Source: Squalus acanthias (lineage: Eukaryota). From it: DNA of 64,000 bases. Position numbers and translations under genes: made by a program. The stretch is taken from NCBI GenBank assembly GCA_030390025.1, contig CM059425.1, positions 164,302,001-164,366,000 of the forward strand. The letters are read 5' to 3'. Positions 50,791 to 64,000 of the stretch are shown here, piece after piece (position 1 is the first letter of the stretch; each line of letters starts with the position of its first letter). The notes beneath the pieces were generated by a model, which did no database searches, was not told where the DNA came from, and worked only from the letters and a program-made list of their open reading frames with translations.

Positions 50791-53175
50791 GGAAGTAGGC
50801 AGGGTGGATGGAAATACTGGCCCTGAAAAACATGAGGGCCCACCTGGCTGGTGTAAGTGCAGCAGAACGGAACTCCCACCTGCTATAGACACAGGTCGGA
50901 GACATTTGCAAAGTCAGGATGGGCTGCTGGTGCCTGGTAGGGTACATCAGCAGTACCCTCACTGGCCTGACCCAATCAGCCCTTGTAAGGCAGAGCAACA
51001 ACTTGCGCCTGAAGTCCCCCCAAAAGCCAAACAGGCCTGAAGAAAAAATTATTTTAGTAAGTCTTCGAGCACCTCTCTCCCACTGGAGAAGGTAATCGAT
51101 TCTTATTGCCTTATTCCAGTAAATGTTTGTGGCTTTCAGAAGGCTGCAAAATGACTCATTCCAGGCCTCAACTGGCTTGAGTTCCGCTGAGGCCTTTCAA
51201 GAGGGAAAAGGGAGGATTATCCTGGTTCAGCCCAGGAACTCCTCCTAACGCACCCATTTGACAAGGGGGGGGGTGCGGGGGCAGGCAGAAACTCCACCTA
51301 CTGTCCCACTGACTAGAATTTGAAGATCCAGTCTAAATGTAGTGGAATCCTGGTGGAACCAGTTTCTGGCCCATATTCTGGACCACCGTCCCTGGGTAAA
51401 TATGGGACTTACGCCCTCTCTCATCCCAGGAATTTCAGGGCTGCAGTTTTTAAAACCCAGCATAGACTGGACGCCGTGTTTAACTTTTATTAAATTCTCT
51501 TGATAAGTGAGTATCCCGTTCAGACAGCTGAATTCTCTCTTGCTTGTGCAGAAACCATAATACAACAGGTGAGGAAGTAACCTGAAATTGTTGCTGATTT
51601 TGCTAGTTACCAGTGGATCTCATGTGGTGTTGCACAAGGTAAGTTGGAGAACACAGTCTCTCTCTTATCTGTCTCTGTTGGCTCTATGTTGCTGTTTTTC
51701 TCCCTATGCCTGAGAATTTCCTAGAAGCTGCTGCTGGTTTTTCACAGTAACTTTGTCAGAAGTTCAGCAGAAACCCTGTTTTAATGTGTAAACGGGGTTT
51801 CTGCCACACTTCAAACAAAGCTATTGCGGCGATGAGGGGAGTAGCTCTAAGGAATTTCCTGCTCTATGTCTCTCTTTCTCATCTCATCCGTTTCTCTCTC
51901 CCTAACTCTCTTTGCTTTTACCCCTACACCCTCCTGCTTTTCTGTGTCATTTTTCTTCATTCCTTTTGGATGGGTGGCACGGCTTTGTGGGGTGGGGAAA
52001 TGAGCCACAAAATACTACATTTTTCAGAGAAGGTTTGCAGAGAAAATTTGGCCCTCAACAGCTCCCTTCCCACCCTTAGCCCCCATCATTCATTCTTCTC
52101 CCCATTCCCTTGGGCTACTGCCCGTTTTGCGCTCCCAGCAAAGTTGAATTTTACCCACCCATTATTTTGTAATCCTATTCCGATGCTGATGCAGCAAAAC
52201 ATCAATATAATTAAAAGTCTGTATCAATCACATGTCCTTAGCACCAAACTTTACAGAAGCATCACTTACGTTAAGTATTCACTAAACACACTCCAATCTG
52301 GATTCCCAACAGCTGCCTGTATGTCAAACATTAGATGTGTTCCAACTGGGATTGCGGCTAAGCAATTGTTTGAGGATGTCAACTCTGTTCTGAAAAAACA
52401 TGTCCACAGCTGACTGACAGGAAGCAGCTTTGCTGGTTAGCTCCAGCCCAGACCGCCTTATTCCTGTAGAGCTGAATGAGGACAAATTAGATGCAAGAAG
52501 GCATCAGAAAAGTAGAATTTTTTTTCAGAGTATCGAAAGATATAACTATATATAATGTTGTGAGCCAATTGCACATTGCAGGATTCTTGGATGTTGTATT
52601 TGGTTTGCTCAACCATTTATATTAAATGGTCTAAAATATGTTTTTTTTTAATCTCTTGCAATGTCTGAATGATGTATGACTATAGCTAGTACTCTGTCTG
52701 GCTTGCTAACTAATTGATTGTAAAGGAACTGTTAATCTGCGCAGCTCGAGGGATTTGATCTAGAAAAGCACTACAGCATTCTGTCGGCTCTATTAAATGC
52801 ATTTTCTGTAATGTAAAATGGAGCGAAATGCTGCAAAAATGAACAGGAATATTTTGAGGTGTGTATTCAGATTTTTTGTGGGTTAGTTGTTATGTTACGC
52901 AGTACATTAAACTAGTTCTGAAATGTCTTTGTTGGGAGTGTGATGTCCAATTATACAGCATTTTGTTCTGAGCTATTCTTTGTCTGCAGGAGCATGTAGC
53001 TTTATGGGTTGTACTAGATTGGACTGATACCAGAATATGAGTCATACAGTACAGTCTTTTCATAGAGAATACAAGAGAGCGATCAATCAATTACACAATC
53101 TGTGGAGACACATCAGGATACACAACTGTGCTTTGTCTTGAGTGAACTTTCTATTTACCATTTTGTTTTGTATTA

Positions 53176-54628
53176 CATAAGAACATAAGAAATAGGAGCA
53201 GGAATAGGCCACTTGGCCCCTCGAGCCTGCTCCCCATTCAATAAGATCATGGCTGATCTTGGGCTCAAAGCCACTTCCTCGCCCGCTCCCCATAACCCTT
53301 CACTCCCTTATCTTGCAAAAAATTTTCTATCTCCACCGTAAATGTATTTAATGACCCAGCCTCCACAGCTCTCTGGGGCAGAGAATTCCACAGATTTACG
53401 ACCCTCTGAGAGAAGAAATTCCTCCCATCTCAGTTCTAAAAGGGCGACCCTTTATTCTAAAACTGTGCCCCCTGCGTTCTAGATTTCCCCACGAGGGGAA
53501 ACATCCTCTCTGTATCTACCTTGTCGAGCCCCCTCAGTATCTTGTATGTTTCAATAAGATCACCTCTCATTCTTCTAAATTCCAATGAGTATAGGCCCAG
53601 CCTGCTCAACCTTTCCTCATAAGTCAACCCCCTCATCTCTGGAATTAACCTAGTGAATCATTTCTGAATTGCCTCCAATGCAAGTATATCCTTCCTTAAA
53701 TAAGGAAACCAAAACTGTACGCAATACTCAAGGTGTGGTCTCGCCAATACCCTGTACAGTTGCAGCAGGACTTCCCTGCTTTTATACTCCAAACCCTTTG
53801 AAATAAAGGCCAACATTCCATTTGCCTTTTTGATTACTTGCTGTACCTGCATGCTAACTTTTTGTGTTTCATGCACAAGGACCCCCAGGTCTCTCTGAAC
53901 TGTAGCATTTTGTAATCTCTCTCCATTTAAATAATAATTTGCTTTTTTATTTTTCCTGCCAAAGTGTATAACCTTGCACTTTCCCACATTATACTCCATC
54001 TGCCAAATGTTTGCCCACTCACTTAGCCTGTCTATATCCCTTTGCAGGTTCTTTGAGTCCTCCGCACAACTTGCTTTCCCACCCATCTTTGTATCATCCG
54101 CAAACTTGGCTACTTTACACTTGATCGCGTCATCCAAGTCATTAATGTAGATTATAAATAGTTGAGGCCCCAGCACCGATCCCTGTGGCACCCCACTAGT
54201 TACCGTTTGCCAACTGGAAAATGACCCATTTATCCCGACTCTCTGCTTTCTGTTAGTTAGCCAATTCTCTATCCATGCTAATATATTACCCCCAATTCCG
54301 TGAGCTTTTATCTTATGCATTAATCTTTTATGTGGCACCTTATCGAATGCCTTCTGGAAATCCAAATACACCACATCCACTGGTTCACCTTTGTCCACCC
54401 TGCTCGTTACCTCCTCAAAGAACACCAGCAAATTTGTTAAACATGATTTCCCTTTCATAAAACCATGCTGACTCTGCTTGACTGCATTATGATTTTCCAA
54501 ATGCCCTGCTACTGCTTCCTTAATGAAGGACTCCAGCATTTTCCCAACGACAGATGTTAGGCTAACTGGTCTATAGTTTCCTGCTTTCTGTCTCCCTCCT
54601 TTCTTAAATAGGGGTGTCACATTTGCTG
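53176..54628 (-). mobile_element. CR1 LINE, 5'-truncated
   Basis: ORF 53658-54644 RT (QGSVLGP, FADD), 3' stem-loop and (TTCTTATG)n tail. Confidence 0.95.
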
Positions 54629-55907
54629 TTAAGACCACATGCATCTAAAATTTGTTAGAGGTATTTAAACTGTCGGCTGCGTTTTTTGTAGTGGGCACTT
54701 TCATTACCGAGACTGGTTCTATTTTACACAAATATGAATCTGATGTCAGAGCAAGCCTTCACAGTTGTACCTTGGTCACTTCTGCCATGGACTTTTTCCC
54801 CTCCTGACGAGCCCATTTCTGCTCTGAACTAGTACCCAGAAACGTAAACTTCCAGGACAGGAGTGGAAATCCTTGCTGCATGTTTGTAGTTTTCTTCCTT
54901 TCCTAATGCCTGCGCTGCTGGATTTATTTCCAGTGCAGTGTGTTTAGTTTGCATCAAAAGTGGTGCTGCAGCACATTTTCACATAATTATTGAACTGCCC
55001 TTATGAGTCATAATTTGCTGATGTGGAAAATATAAGTTTATTGTTCGCTTGACATGGAAAGCTTTGACTCTTAATATAATCCACATGTGTGTTCTATTTC
55101 TGTATCTTTGGACTGCAGTTGTACATATAACAGATTAGTCGTTTAGCCCAACAAACAGTTCCGCACTCCTTCCTTTTAGCTTCCCATTCCATGTTCCCCA
55201 CACGAAAAAAAAAGCCTCCAAATTTTGTGGGAGTCTGGCGGAGCTTACCAGAAAAAGGCAGGGACCTGGTTCCGGTCTTGTATGGGGTGGAACCCCTATC
55301 TGACCTTTACAAGGCCTACAATGTCAAGGAGGCGGAGCTAAGACAAAGACTCCCTACGCTGGAAAATCTCGCTTCCCTGGCTTAGTAGGGACCCAGTGTA
55401 TTAATGGAGGCTGGTATATTGAATTTAATGAGGAGTGCTGGCCTCCAGACGTGTGCAGGTGAACCCCACTCGGAGCTCCATTGAAAAAAGTTGCACAGGG
55501 AGCTGAGGGGGAATGCACAGTGGGGCACTGATTGTTTCAGCTGCAGCAGCAGACGGGTGCTGAAGATGCACCTATAGTGGTGTGGGCATCCACTGGCCCC
55601 CTGTAAATTAGGTGCCCTCCCAGGCTTCCACTGATCCCACAAACTCCTGCAGGGTGAGCATTAGAAGACACGAACAAGACGGTTATGCTGGAACTGTTAC
55701 CTGTTGACTTTAGGACCACTGTCTACAACCAACATGGATACCTCATTTAGCACACAGATTCATTCCATGTGGTTATAATTCAAAATCAGATTCCCAGATA
55801 GCAAGAAGGAAGAGGGCAGAGACCTGTTATGTCAGGTCTCCACCCTGACTATGCTGCCCTAGGATTTCCTGGAGAAATGCAAATAGGCATATACTGTATG
55901 TTCCTGC

Positions 55908-56077
55908 AATAAAAACAGAAAATGCTGGAAATGTTCAGGTCAGACAGCAGTTCTGACGAAAGGTCACCGACCTGAAATGTTAACTCTATTTCTCTTCCAC
56001 AGATGCTGTCTGACCTGCTGAGCATTTCCAGCAGTTTTTCTTTTTATTTCAGATTTCCAGCATCCGCTTTTGGATAC
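55908..56077 (+). mobile_element. Fold-back Penelope-derived element, family 2
   Basis: Left arm 55908-55949 is the inverse of about 56004-56048; 3' tail TCAGATTTCCAGCATCCGC; 10-bp TSD ATGTTCCTGC (55898-55907, 56078-56087). Confidence 0.75.
55949..55985 (+). ncRNA. Minimal type I hammerhead ribozyme motif (family 2)
   Basis: AGTT-CTGACGA-A-AGGTC-ACC-GACCT-GAAA-TGT-T-AACT. Confidence 0.75.
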
Positions 56078-56489
56078 ATGTTCCTGCGCCTGCAATAGGC
56101 ACAAGGACAGCATTAGTTTTGGAATTGAGTGGGAGGGATGTTCTTGCCTCACTTTCTGCTTTGTCCTCCCATGGGTTGCCACAAGGTCACCCTGAAGACC
56201 TGTCTCAACACCCTCTTCTGACCAGAGGGTCTTGGGGGTTCATGGGAGCAAAATGAATATTGTCTCTGGCAGCAGGTCCTCTTCCTTCTTGCAAGACACA
56301 ATGAGTATCCATCATCAGCTAGCAATGCAGCAGCAGCCCTCTGGTGTTTCCGGTCCCTGTTCCCAGCTCAATGATGGTGACATAGTGCAAGTTATGGATA
56401 CAGGCAGCAGATTTTTTGATGAGTTGAAGTTTACGGAGGCTAACGGATGGCCAGCCAGGATAGCATTGGAGTAGTCAAGTCTGGTGGTG

Positions 56490-56855
56490 ACAACGACAAC
56501 AACTTGTATTTATATAGCACCTTTAACGTAGAAAAAAACGTCCCAATGCGCTTCACAGGAGTATTATAAGTCAAAAAATTTGACCCCGAGCCACATCAGG
56601 ATAAATTAGGGCAGGTGACCAAAAGCTTGGTCAAAGAGGTAGGTTTTAAGGAGCTTCTTAAAGGAGGAAAGAGAGGTAGCAAGGCGGAGAGCTTTAGGCA
56701 GGGAATTCCAGAGCTTAGGGTCTAGGCAACAGAAGGCACGGCCACCAATGGTTGAGCGATTATAATCAGGGATGCTCAGGAGGGCAGAATTAGAGGAGCG
56801 CAGATATCTCGGGAGGTTGGGGGGCTGAAGGAGATTACAGAGATAGGGAAGGGGT
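56490..56855 (-). mobile_element. L2 LINE 3' end
   Basis: Reverse complement of about 42640-42999, including the (CAA)n CTTGTATTTATATAGC tail. Confidence 0.85.
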
Positions 56856-57027
56856 CAATGTAGGTCAAATGCATGGAGGAGAGTTTTAGCAGCAGTCGGT
56901 CTACAGAGACACCACATAGAGACATGGCAGAATGGTGATGTCTAAATAAGGAGTGTGCAACATACAAAGTAAATATAATGCATTACTGATGTTCTAGTAA
57001 TATCTAGTAGCAGAATATTAATACTTT

Positions 57028-57115
57028 CACAGATGCTACCTGACCCGCTGAGTGTTTTCCAGCATTTTCTGTTTTTATTTCAGATTTCCAGCATCCGCAG
57101 TATTTTGTTTTTGAT
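57028..57115 (+). mobile_element. PLE family-2 3' fragment without the ribozyme core
   Basis: CACAGATGCT.CCTGACC.GCTGAG...TTTCCAGCA...TTTTTATTTCAGATTTCCAGCATCCGC matches 55998-56067. Confidence 0.7.
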
Positions 57116-57171
57116 TTAGCAAAGAATGTATTGCTTCAGTAATTAATCATTTGGTTTTACCCCAAAGTTGA

Positions 57172-58529
57172 CATAAGAACATAAGAACATAAGAAATAGG
57201 AGCAGGAGTAGGCCAATCGGCCCATCGAGCCTGCTCCGCCATTCAATAAGATCATGGCTGATCTGATCCTAACCGCCAATCTACTATCTATCACAGAAAC
57301 ATCTCCTGCATCTAACAGAATTGCACACACGAAATAGGAGCAGAATCAGGCTACACAGTCCCTGGGCCCGCTCCACTACCCACAGGGCCATGACCGATCC
57401 GAACCTAGACTCATGTCCAAATTCCTGCCCGCTCCCCGTAACCCTTAATGCCCTTTACTTCTAGGAAACTGTCTATTTCTGTTTTAAATTTAATTAATGT
57501 TGTAGCTTCTACAGCTTTTTGTGGCAGCATATTCCATGGACCTACCACCCTCTGAGTGAAGTAGTTCCTCCTCATCTCAGTTTTGAAAGAGCAGCCCCTT
57601 ATTCTAAGACTATGTCCCCTAGTTCTCGTCTCACCCGTCATCGGGAACATCCTCCCCGCATCCACCCGATCCAACCCCTTCACAATCTTATATGTTTCAA
57701 TAAGATCGCCTCTCATTCTTCTGAACTCCAATGAGTAGAGTCCCAATCTACCCAACCTCTCCTCATATGACCACCCCCTCATCTCCGGGATTAACCGAGT
57801 GAACCTTTTTTGCACTGCCTCGAGAGCAAGGATGTCTTTCCTTAAGTAAGGACACCAAAACTGTATGCAGTATTCCAGGTGCGGTCTCACCAATACCTTG
57901 TACAACTGAAGCAATACCTCCCTATTTTTATATTCTATCCCCCTAGCAATGAAAGCCAACATTCCATTTGCCTTCTTAATCACTTGCTGCACCTGCATAC
58001 TAACCTTTTGAGTTTCGTGCACCAGGACCCCCAGATCCCTTTGCACTTCAGTACTCTCCAGTTTCTTGCCATTAAGATAATAAATTGCTCTAGGATTTTT
58101 CCTGCCAAAGTGCATCACCTCACACTTTCCAGTGCTGTATTCCATCTGCCAAATCTCTGCCCACTTACTTAGCCTGTCTATGTCCCCTTGCAGGTTTTTT
58201 ATGTCCTCCTCACTCACTACTTTCCCTCCCATCTTTGTATCATCTGCAAATTTTGATATGTTACACTTGGTCCCTTCCTCCAAATCGTTAATATAGATTG
58301 TGAAGAGTTGGGGACCCAGCACTGACCCCTGTGGAACACCACTAGTTACTGATTGCCAGTCTGAGAATGAACCATTTATCCCAACTCTTTGCTTTCTGTT
58401 AGATAGCCAATCCTCTATCCATGCCAGAATATTACCCCCAATCCCGTGATTTTTTACCTTAAGCAATAATCTTTTGTGTGGCACCTTGTCAAATGCCTTT
58501 TGGAAGTCTAAATACACTACGTCCAGGTT
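57172..58529 (-). mobile_element. Young CR1 LINE, 5'-truncated, with an extended 3'UTR
   Basis: Open ORF 57411-58577 (CR1 part from DVVYLDFQKAFDKVPH); (TTCTTATG)n tail. Confidence 0.95.
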
Positions 58530-58842
58530 GCTGTTGCTCTGCAGGTTCCTTAATGTAACAGAGCCTGTTAGGAACAATGTGTATTCAAGTGTAAAGCGCC
58601 TGCATAGACATGATAAATGTAATCATGCTCGTTTACTAGTCTTGTTTTTCTAGATTTTTGGGTGTTCTGGAAACTGCCTTCATGCCACTAAACCAGTGTT
58701 GTCCAATACAGATACTAGCTAATGTGACTAATTGGGAATCCAGATGTGGCTAATTACATTTTTGTTTAGTAAATAAAAAATGAGTAATAGACACCATCTT
58801 TGGGCATGTGATCTGACACTTTCTTTTTTCCCTTCTCCACAG

Positions 58843-58908
58843 GAAAAAACAAAAGTTAGTCAGCTCGCTAAGGTGGAAGGTTCTAAACCAATAAGCTCAA
58901 CTAGTAAG
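58843..58908 (+). CDS. Internal coding exon of an unidentified host gene (66 nt, phase 0-0): EKTKVSQLAKVEGSKPISSTSK
   Basis: Branch CTGAC, tract CTTTCTTTTTTCCCTTCTCCACAG|, donor AAG|GTACGT; multiple of 3; open; composition like the 13297 exon. Confidence 0.75.
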
Positions 58909-61740
58909 GTACGTTTAGCTACACTTTAGTATTTTGCTATGCAATATTTATAATGGGATTGTGGCAAGTAATGACTTATTAAGTGACTTTTGATCGCATT
59001 CCAATGATTGGGAGGGGCATTATTCAGGTTTTAAAATGCCAAGAAGGATTAGTGGCATAAGCACACGTTTTGGCTTTGACTACAAGCATAGCACAAAAAG
59101 ACACAGGTTTCAAGTTAAGACTGAGGCAATACTAAACTTCATTTCTCCTCACAGTTGTATGTGTGATATAGTATGAAGTAGCTCCCATCAGAAGCAGTTG
59201 TAATTAAGATGATTAACTCCTTTTAAAAGGAGCTGAATTACTGTCTTTCTGGAGACAGTATTTGTGTTTAGATGAGGTTCTCCCGCTAGTGTGGAGCCTT
59301 GCTAGATAGAAGCATGGCTCGCAGAGTTAGCCTTATAATAATATAGCTCCATCTCCAACCCGCACTCCTGTCTAATGAGGCTCCATGCCTCGCAAAACTA
59401 CTCAATTATAGTGAACTCACCAAATACTCCACAGAACATAATGATTTGGGTTTTCTGATTGCTGATTGTAAAATTTAGACTAACAGTTTCTAGGCTTCTA
59501 GGATAAGAGGAATGTTTTGAGGATAGCTGGGAGGTCGGTGAATAATCTGGGTTTTTCGTTGATTACATTTGTGGACCCAGGAGAATTTACGTAGAAATTT
59601 GCCTCTGGATACTAAATAGATGGAGTAGAGTCCATGATCGTGTAGCTTGTATGTATTCTGTGGAAGATACAGGCTTGAGGGCCTGCAAGGCCCTTTCCTG
59701 TTCCATGTTTTCTCATGCTGCTTAAGCCAATGAGTAAAGTCAAATTTAGATAAAATATTTGAAGAGGAAAATATTCTGGATTTTAACTTGCTTGTTACAT
59801 TTAAGGGTCATATAATTTATAACTAATAAAAAGATTATATTTATCAACAAATGATACAAATATGTTTGTAGTTTGAAACTAGCATTTAAAATTACTTTCA
59901 CTTTTTTGTTGAAATTCAAAACATTCTGCAAATTAAGCATGCACTTCAGCTTTTTCCAAAATTGCTTTGAAATTGGTTTTGTTTCAAATGTTATAATGGA
60001 ATATTAACCTGAAATTACCCAGTTACTTTTCAGTCCTTGTTGCTTGAAGTTATCATTGTGCAGTGATAAGTTTTATACTTGTAACCCCTCCCTGACGTGT
60101 AATACTCCACCACAGCCAGTGGTTGCTAGGTGGATGCGTTCAGTGTTATTGAGCATGTTAGTAACTTTTATCCCTTGCATCTGACTTTTTACACCTTCTG
60201 TCTGCTTGCCTATCAACTCATGAGATTTATGTGTGGGTGTGTTCTGTAGCGAGCTTAAGAGCTGAGCTCCACACCAGCTGAATATTAGCTGCATTTTTTA
60301 TTTTTATTTTTCCTTCTTTCTCTTCTCTTCTAAATAGAATTAACTGTTGCTAGGATGTAAATTCACACACCCTCCGGTACCTTGTACAAGGGTCTGTCCT
60401 TTGTACATGAGGCTTGACAGTAAAGGTCAGTGGAATCCACCGGAGACATCATAGCGAAGTCTGATCCTGTCCTCATATGACATCTATGGGGTAATTTTTT
60501 CCTTCACTGCTTGGACGGTAAAATGGCAGAGTAGATCGCTCCGCCTATTATAGAACCTGCCCGATTTTCATTTCCATTGATTTCACTATGCGCATGTTTT
60601 GGCAGAGGTCACTGAGGTCATTGATTATTGCCACATGCAATAATCCCACACAAGGCAACTAGCAACAAGTATGTGAGTTGCATCTCGGCTGTCATCTCAC
60701 GTCACAGGAAAAGAGGCATTTGTGACCTACACTCTTATGACATTTTACTTAAATGGATGAGTCCCCAGATAGCTAAGACATATGGTTAGGGATTTAGCAG
60801 CTGATGTTAAGCTTAATTGGGGAAATAATGTTTTAATTACAATATGTATGAATCAAAGATGTGTATTTACTGCTCATCTGTTCATGTGCTTTTATCACAT
60901 GACACACGTTAATAGAACTGTGGTTAGTAATACTTTAATCCTTTTAGATGTAAATGTAGAACTTGAAATAACTTTGAGATGCAATATGTCATATTTTCAT
61001 ATTGAATGATGAATCTGTTGAAATAAAAATGAATCCTTGTTATTAAACCATCTGATCACATTCAGCATCATCAATTTTTTAGCATAGTAACATTTTTGCT
61101 ACAAATCCTTTATAAATAACACCACAAGTAGCTAGCTAATTGTTTTATGAACATTGTTAGAATTGGTGCATCAGGTGAATTGGCATGTGGAATGATGGTT
61201 TTTGTACCCATAGAATGTAGTCGACTGTTTTTAACAGAAATAGAAATGTAACATCACTACAGGGATGAACATTCATCCAGACCTGAACTCTAAGGGGTGA
61301 GTTCCTCCCCCCCCTCACCCCAAACCCCACCGAGTGGACCTCCAGTGGAACGTGGCAATTGCCCGCCTGCCCGGTAGTCACGGCAAGAGTCCATTTTGAG
61401 AGCTAGGCCTCATTTGTATCAGGACAGTGGGCTGGAGCTCGAGCGCCTTGAGGCAGCTCATCGACTCCGGGCCACCGCAATATCGGTCGGTCTGGCCACC
61501 TCCGGACCGAAGAAGGTAGGTTTGTTGGAAGGGCCCCACAGTTTGGAGAGGGAGGAACTGGAGCAGCAGCGGTCTAGGTTGGATTTGTGGAGCCTAAAGG
61601 AGCAATCCTGCTCCTCCCGGCCGCACAGGAAGAAAGAGGAACTTACCTTCGGGATCTCCTTCAGGCGAGTCCCCAACTGATACTGGTTAGAGCATGCACA
61701 GCATCCACTCCTGTCAGTTCAGTTCAAAAATGACAATTGC

Positions 61741-62272
61741 ACAAGTAAGGAGTGTGATGGAATACTCTCTGTTTGCCTGGATGAATGCAGCTGCAACAAC
61801 ACTCAAGAAGCTCGACACCATCCACGAAAAAGCAGCCCGTTTGATTGGCACTCCATCCACCACCTTAAACATTCACTCCCTCCACCACCGGCGTACCGTG
61901 GCTGCAGTGTGTACCGTCTACAAGATGCACTGCAGCAACTCGCCAAGGCTTCTTCGGCAGCACCTCCCAAACCCGTGACCTCTTCCACCTAGAAGGACAA
62001 GGGTAGCAGGTGCATGGGAACACCACCACCTCCAAGTTCCCCTCCAAGTCACACACCATCCTGACTTAGAAGTATATCGCCGTTCATTCATCGTCGCTGG
62101 GTCAAAATCCTAGAACTCTACCTAACAGCACTGTGGGAGTACCTTCACCACACGGGCTGCAGCGATTCAAGAAAGCGGCTCACCACCACCTTCTTACAGG
62201 TAACTAGGGATGGGTAATAAATGCTGGCCTTGCCAGCGACGCCCACATCCCATAAACGACTAAAACAAAAAT
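61741..62272 (+). mobile_element. Non-LTR retrotransposon 3' end (CR1/L2-group, distinct family)
   Basis: QVRSVMEYS..AWMNAA.TTLKKLDTI..KAARLI...SLHHRRTVAA; tail AATAAATGCTGGCCTTGCCAGCGACGCCCACATCCC also seen inverted at 22064-22117. Confidence 0.8.
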
Positions 62273-62902
62273 TGGGATCCTATTGGCATCATAACACCCT
62301 GACTTCCATTTATGGACTGATTCTCATTTTATTGCTTTTAAGTGTTGTTCTAATTCAATATCTTGCTGTATTATTTGGCTTCTGTTTATTAAGTAACCTG
62401 TAAATAAAATTAAAGTTTTAGTTTGTATTTATTGGTCTAATGAAATGGTATTTTCCACCTTTTATTGAACCAATAGTAGAAAGGGACAGTTAAATTCTAA
62501 TTACACTTGTGATTTGGCCATGAACATTGAGGATTTGTGAATTATCAACAACATCCTGGAGATAACTGCAAAGGTACATTTCAAGAATATACAAGACAGT
62601 TTGATATGTGTTCATTTCAAAGGTCTGCTGTTTTCTTCCATTTTATAAACGGCCATATGATCCCCATTGAACGATAGTGCCGCTGTCTCCAAACGAACTT
62701 GACCTGTGTATACAGCTGGCCCGCTGTTGAGTGGTAGAACCGCTTCAAAGAACCTTGGATCATCGCTGTGGCGTATGAGAATGCATTTCTCAGCAAATTT
62801 TGTCCTTGGATCTGTGCTGGAGGATTGGAGCAAACAGCGGTCTCACTTACGCCGATCGGTGACAATAATGATGATGCAGCAAATTCTGGGCCTAGCAGTG
62901 TA

Positions 62903-64000
62903 ACATAGAAACATAGAAGATAGGAGCAGGAGTAGGCCATTCGGCCCCTCGAGCCTGCTCCGCCATTCGATGAGATCATGGCTGATCATCCAAACTCAGT
63001 ACCCTTTACCTGCCTTCTCCCCATAGTCCTTGATACCTTTAGCTTTAAGAAATATATCTAACTCATTCTTGAATCTATTTAATGACTTGGCCTCAACTAC
63101 CTTCTGTGGTAGAGAATTCCACAGGTTCACCACTCTCTGGGTGAAGAAATTCTTCCTCATTTCTGTCCTAAATGGCTTACCCCTTATCCTTAGATTATGA
63201 CCCCTGGTTCTGGACTCTCCGACCATCGGGAACATTCTTCCTGCATCTAGTTTGTCCAGACCTGTCAGAATTTTATATGTTTCGATGATATCCCCTCTCA
63301 TTCTTCTATACTCCAGCGAGTACAAGCCCAATCGAACCAATCTCTCCTCCTATGTCATTCCTGCCATCCCAGGTATCAGCCTTGTGAATCTTCGCTGAAC
63401 TCCCTCCATGGCAAGAACATCCTTCCTCAGATAAGGCGACCAAAACTGCACACAGTACTCAAGGTGTGGTCTCAACTGCAGCAGGACATCCCTGTTCCTA
63501 TCCTCAAACCATTTCGCTATGAAGGCCAACATACCATTTGCCTTCTTCACCGCCTGCTGCACCTGCATGCTTACCTTCAGCGACTGGTGCACAAGGACAC
63601 CCAGGTATCGTTGCACTTCCCCTTCTCCCAATCTATTGCCATTCAGATAATAGTCTGCCTTTCTGTTTTTGACACCAAAGTGGATAACCTCGCATTTATC
63701 CACGTTATATTGCATCTGCCACGCTTCTGCCCACTCACCCAACCTGTCCAAATCATCCTGGAGTTTCTCGGTATCCTCCTCGCAGCACACACTCCCACCC
63801 AGCTTTGTGTCATCTGCAAACTTGGAGATATTACATTTAGTTCCCTTATCTAGATCATTAATGTATATTGTGAATAGCTGGGGTCCAAGGACCGATCCCT
63901 GCGGTACCCCACTAGTCACTGCTTGCCACTCGGAAAAAGACCCATTAATTCCTACTCTTTGCTTTCTGTCCGCCAACCAGTTCTCTATCCAAGTCAATAC
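62903..64000 (-). mobile_element. CR1 LINE 3' portion (runs off the window)
   Basis: ORFs 63350-63997 and 62996-63340 encode the RT C-terminus; tail at 62903. Confidence 0.95.

Noticed and set aside
51784..52413. 209-aa ORF
   Set aside because: Crosses low-complexity and MITE-like sequence; no recognisable domain or splice context.

Overview
Eukaryotic, vertebrate-type genomic DNA, most likely from a cartilaginous fish (shark). This is inferred from the repeat content: CR1 LINEs with an esterase ORF1, L2, RTE, Deu-domain-like SINEs, Penelope-like elements (PLEs) and Harbinger transposons. The window appears to be almost entirely intron of one plus-strand host gene. Only two well-supported small phase-0 coding exons are visible (13297-13365 and 58843-58908); they encode K/S/E-rich peptides and the gene is not identified (calpastatin is a weak guess). 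Much of the rest is transposable elements: about ten CR1 copies (one near full length, one with a 728-codon open frame), PIF/Harbinger elements and MITEs, a Tigger-like MITE, hAT-like MITEs, and L2, RTE and SINE fragments, often nested. The most interesting signal is a set of minimal type I hammerhead-ribozyme motifs (CTGANGA-A-stemII-GAAA-palindrome-UH) in two PLE-related families. Three of the carriers are about 170-230 bp fold-back units flanked by 10-13 bp target-site duplications (TSDs), and two of these share the same central junction. Also notable: a recursive-splice-like AG/GTAAG site near the middle of the 45 kb intron, a locally templated 23-nt insertion at an RTE 5' junction, and an unexplained 41-bp hairpin. 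All calls were made by eye with no database searches; boundaries of old repeats are approximate.
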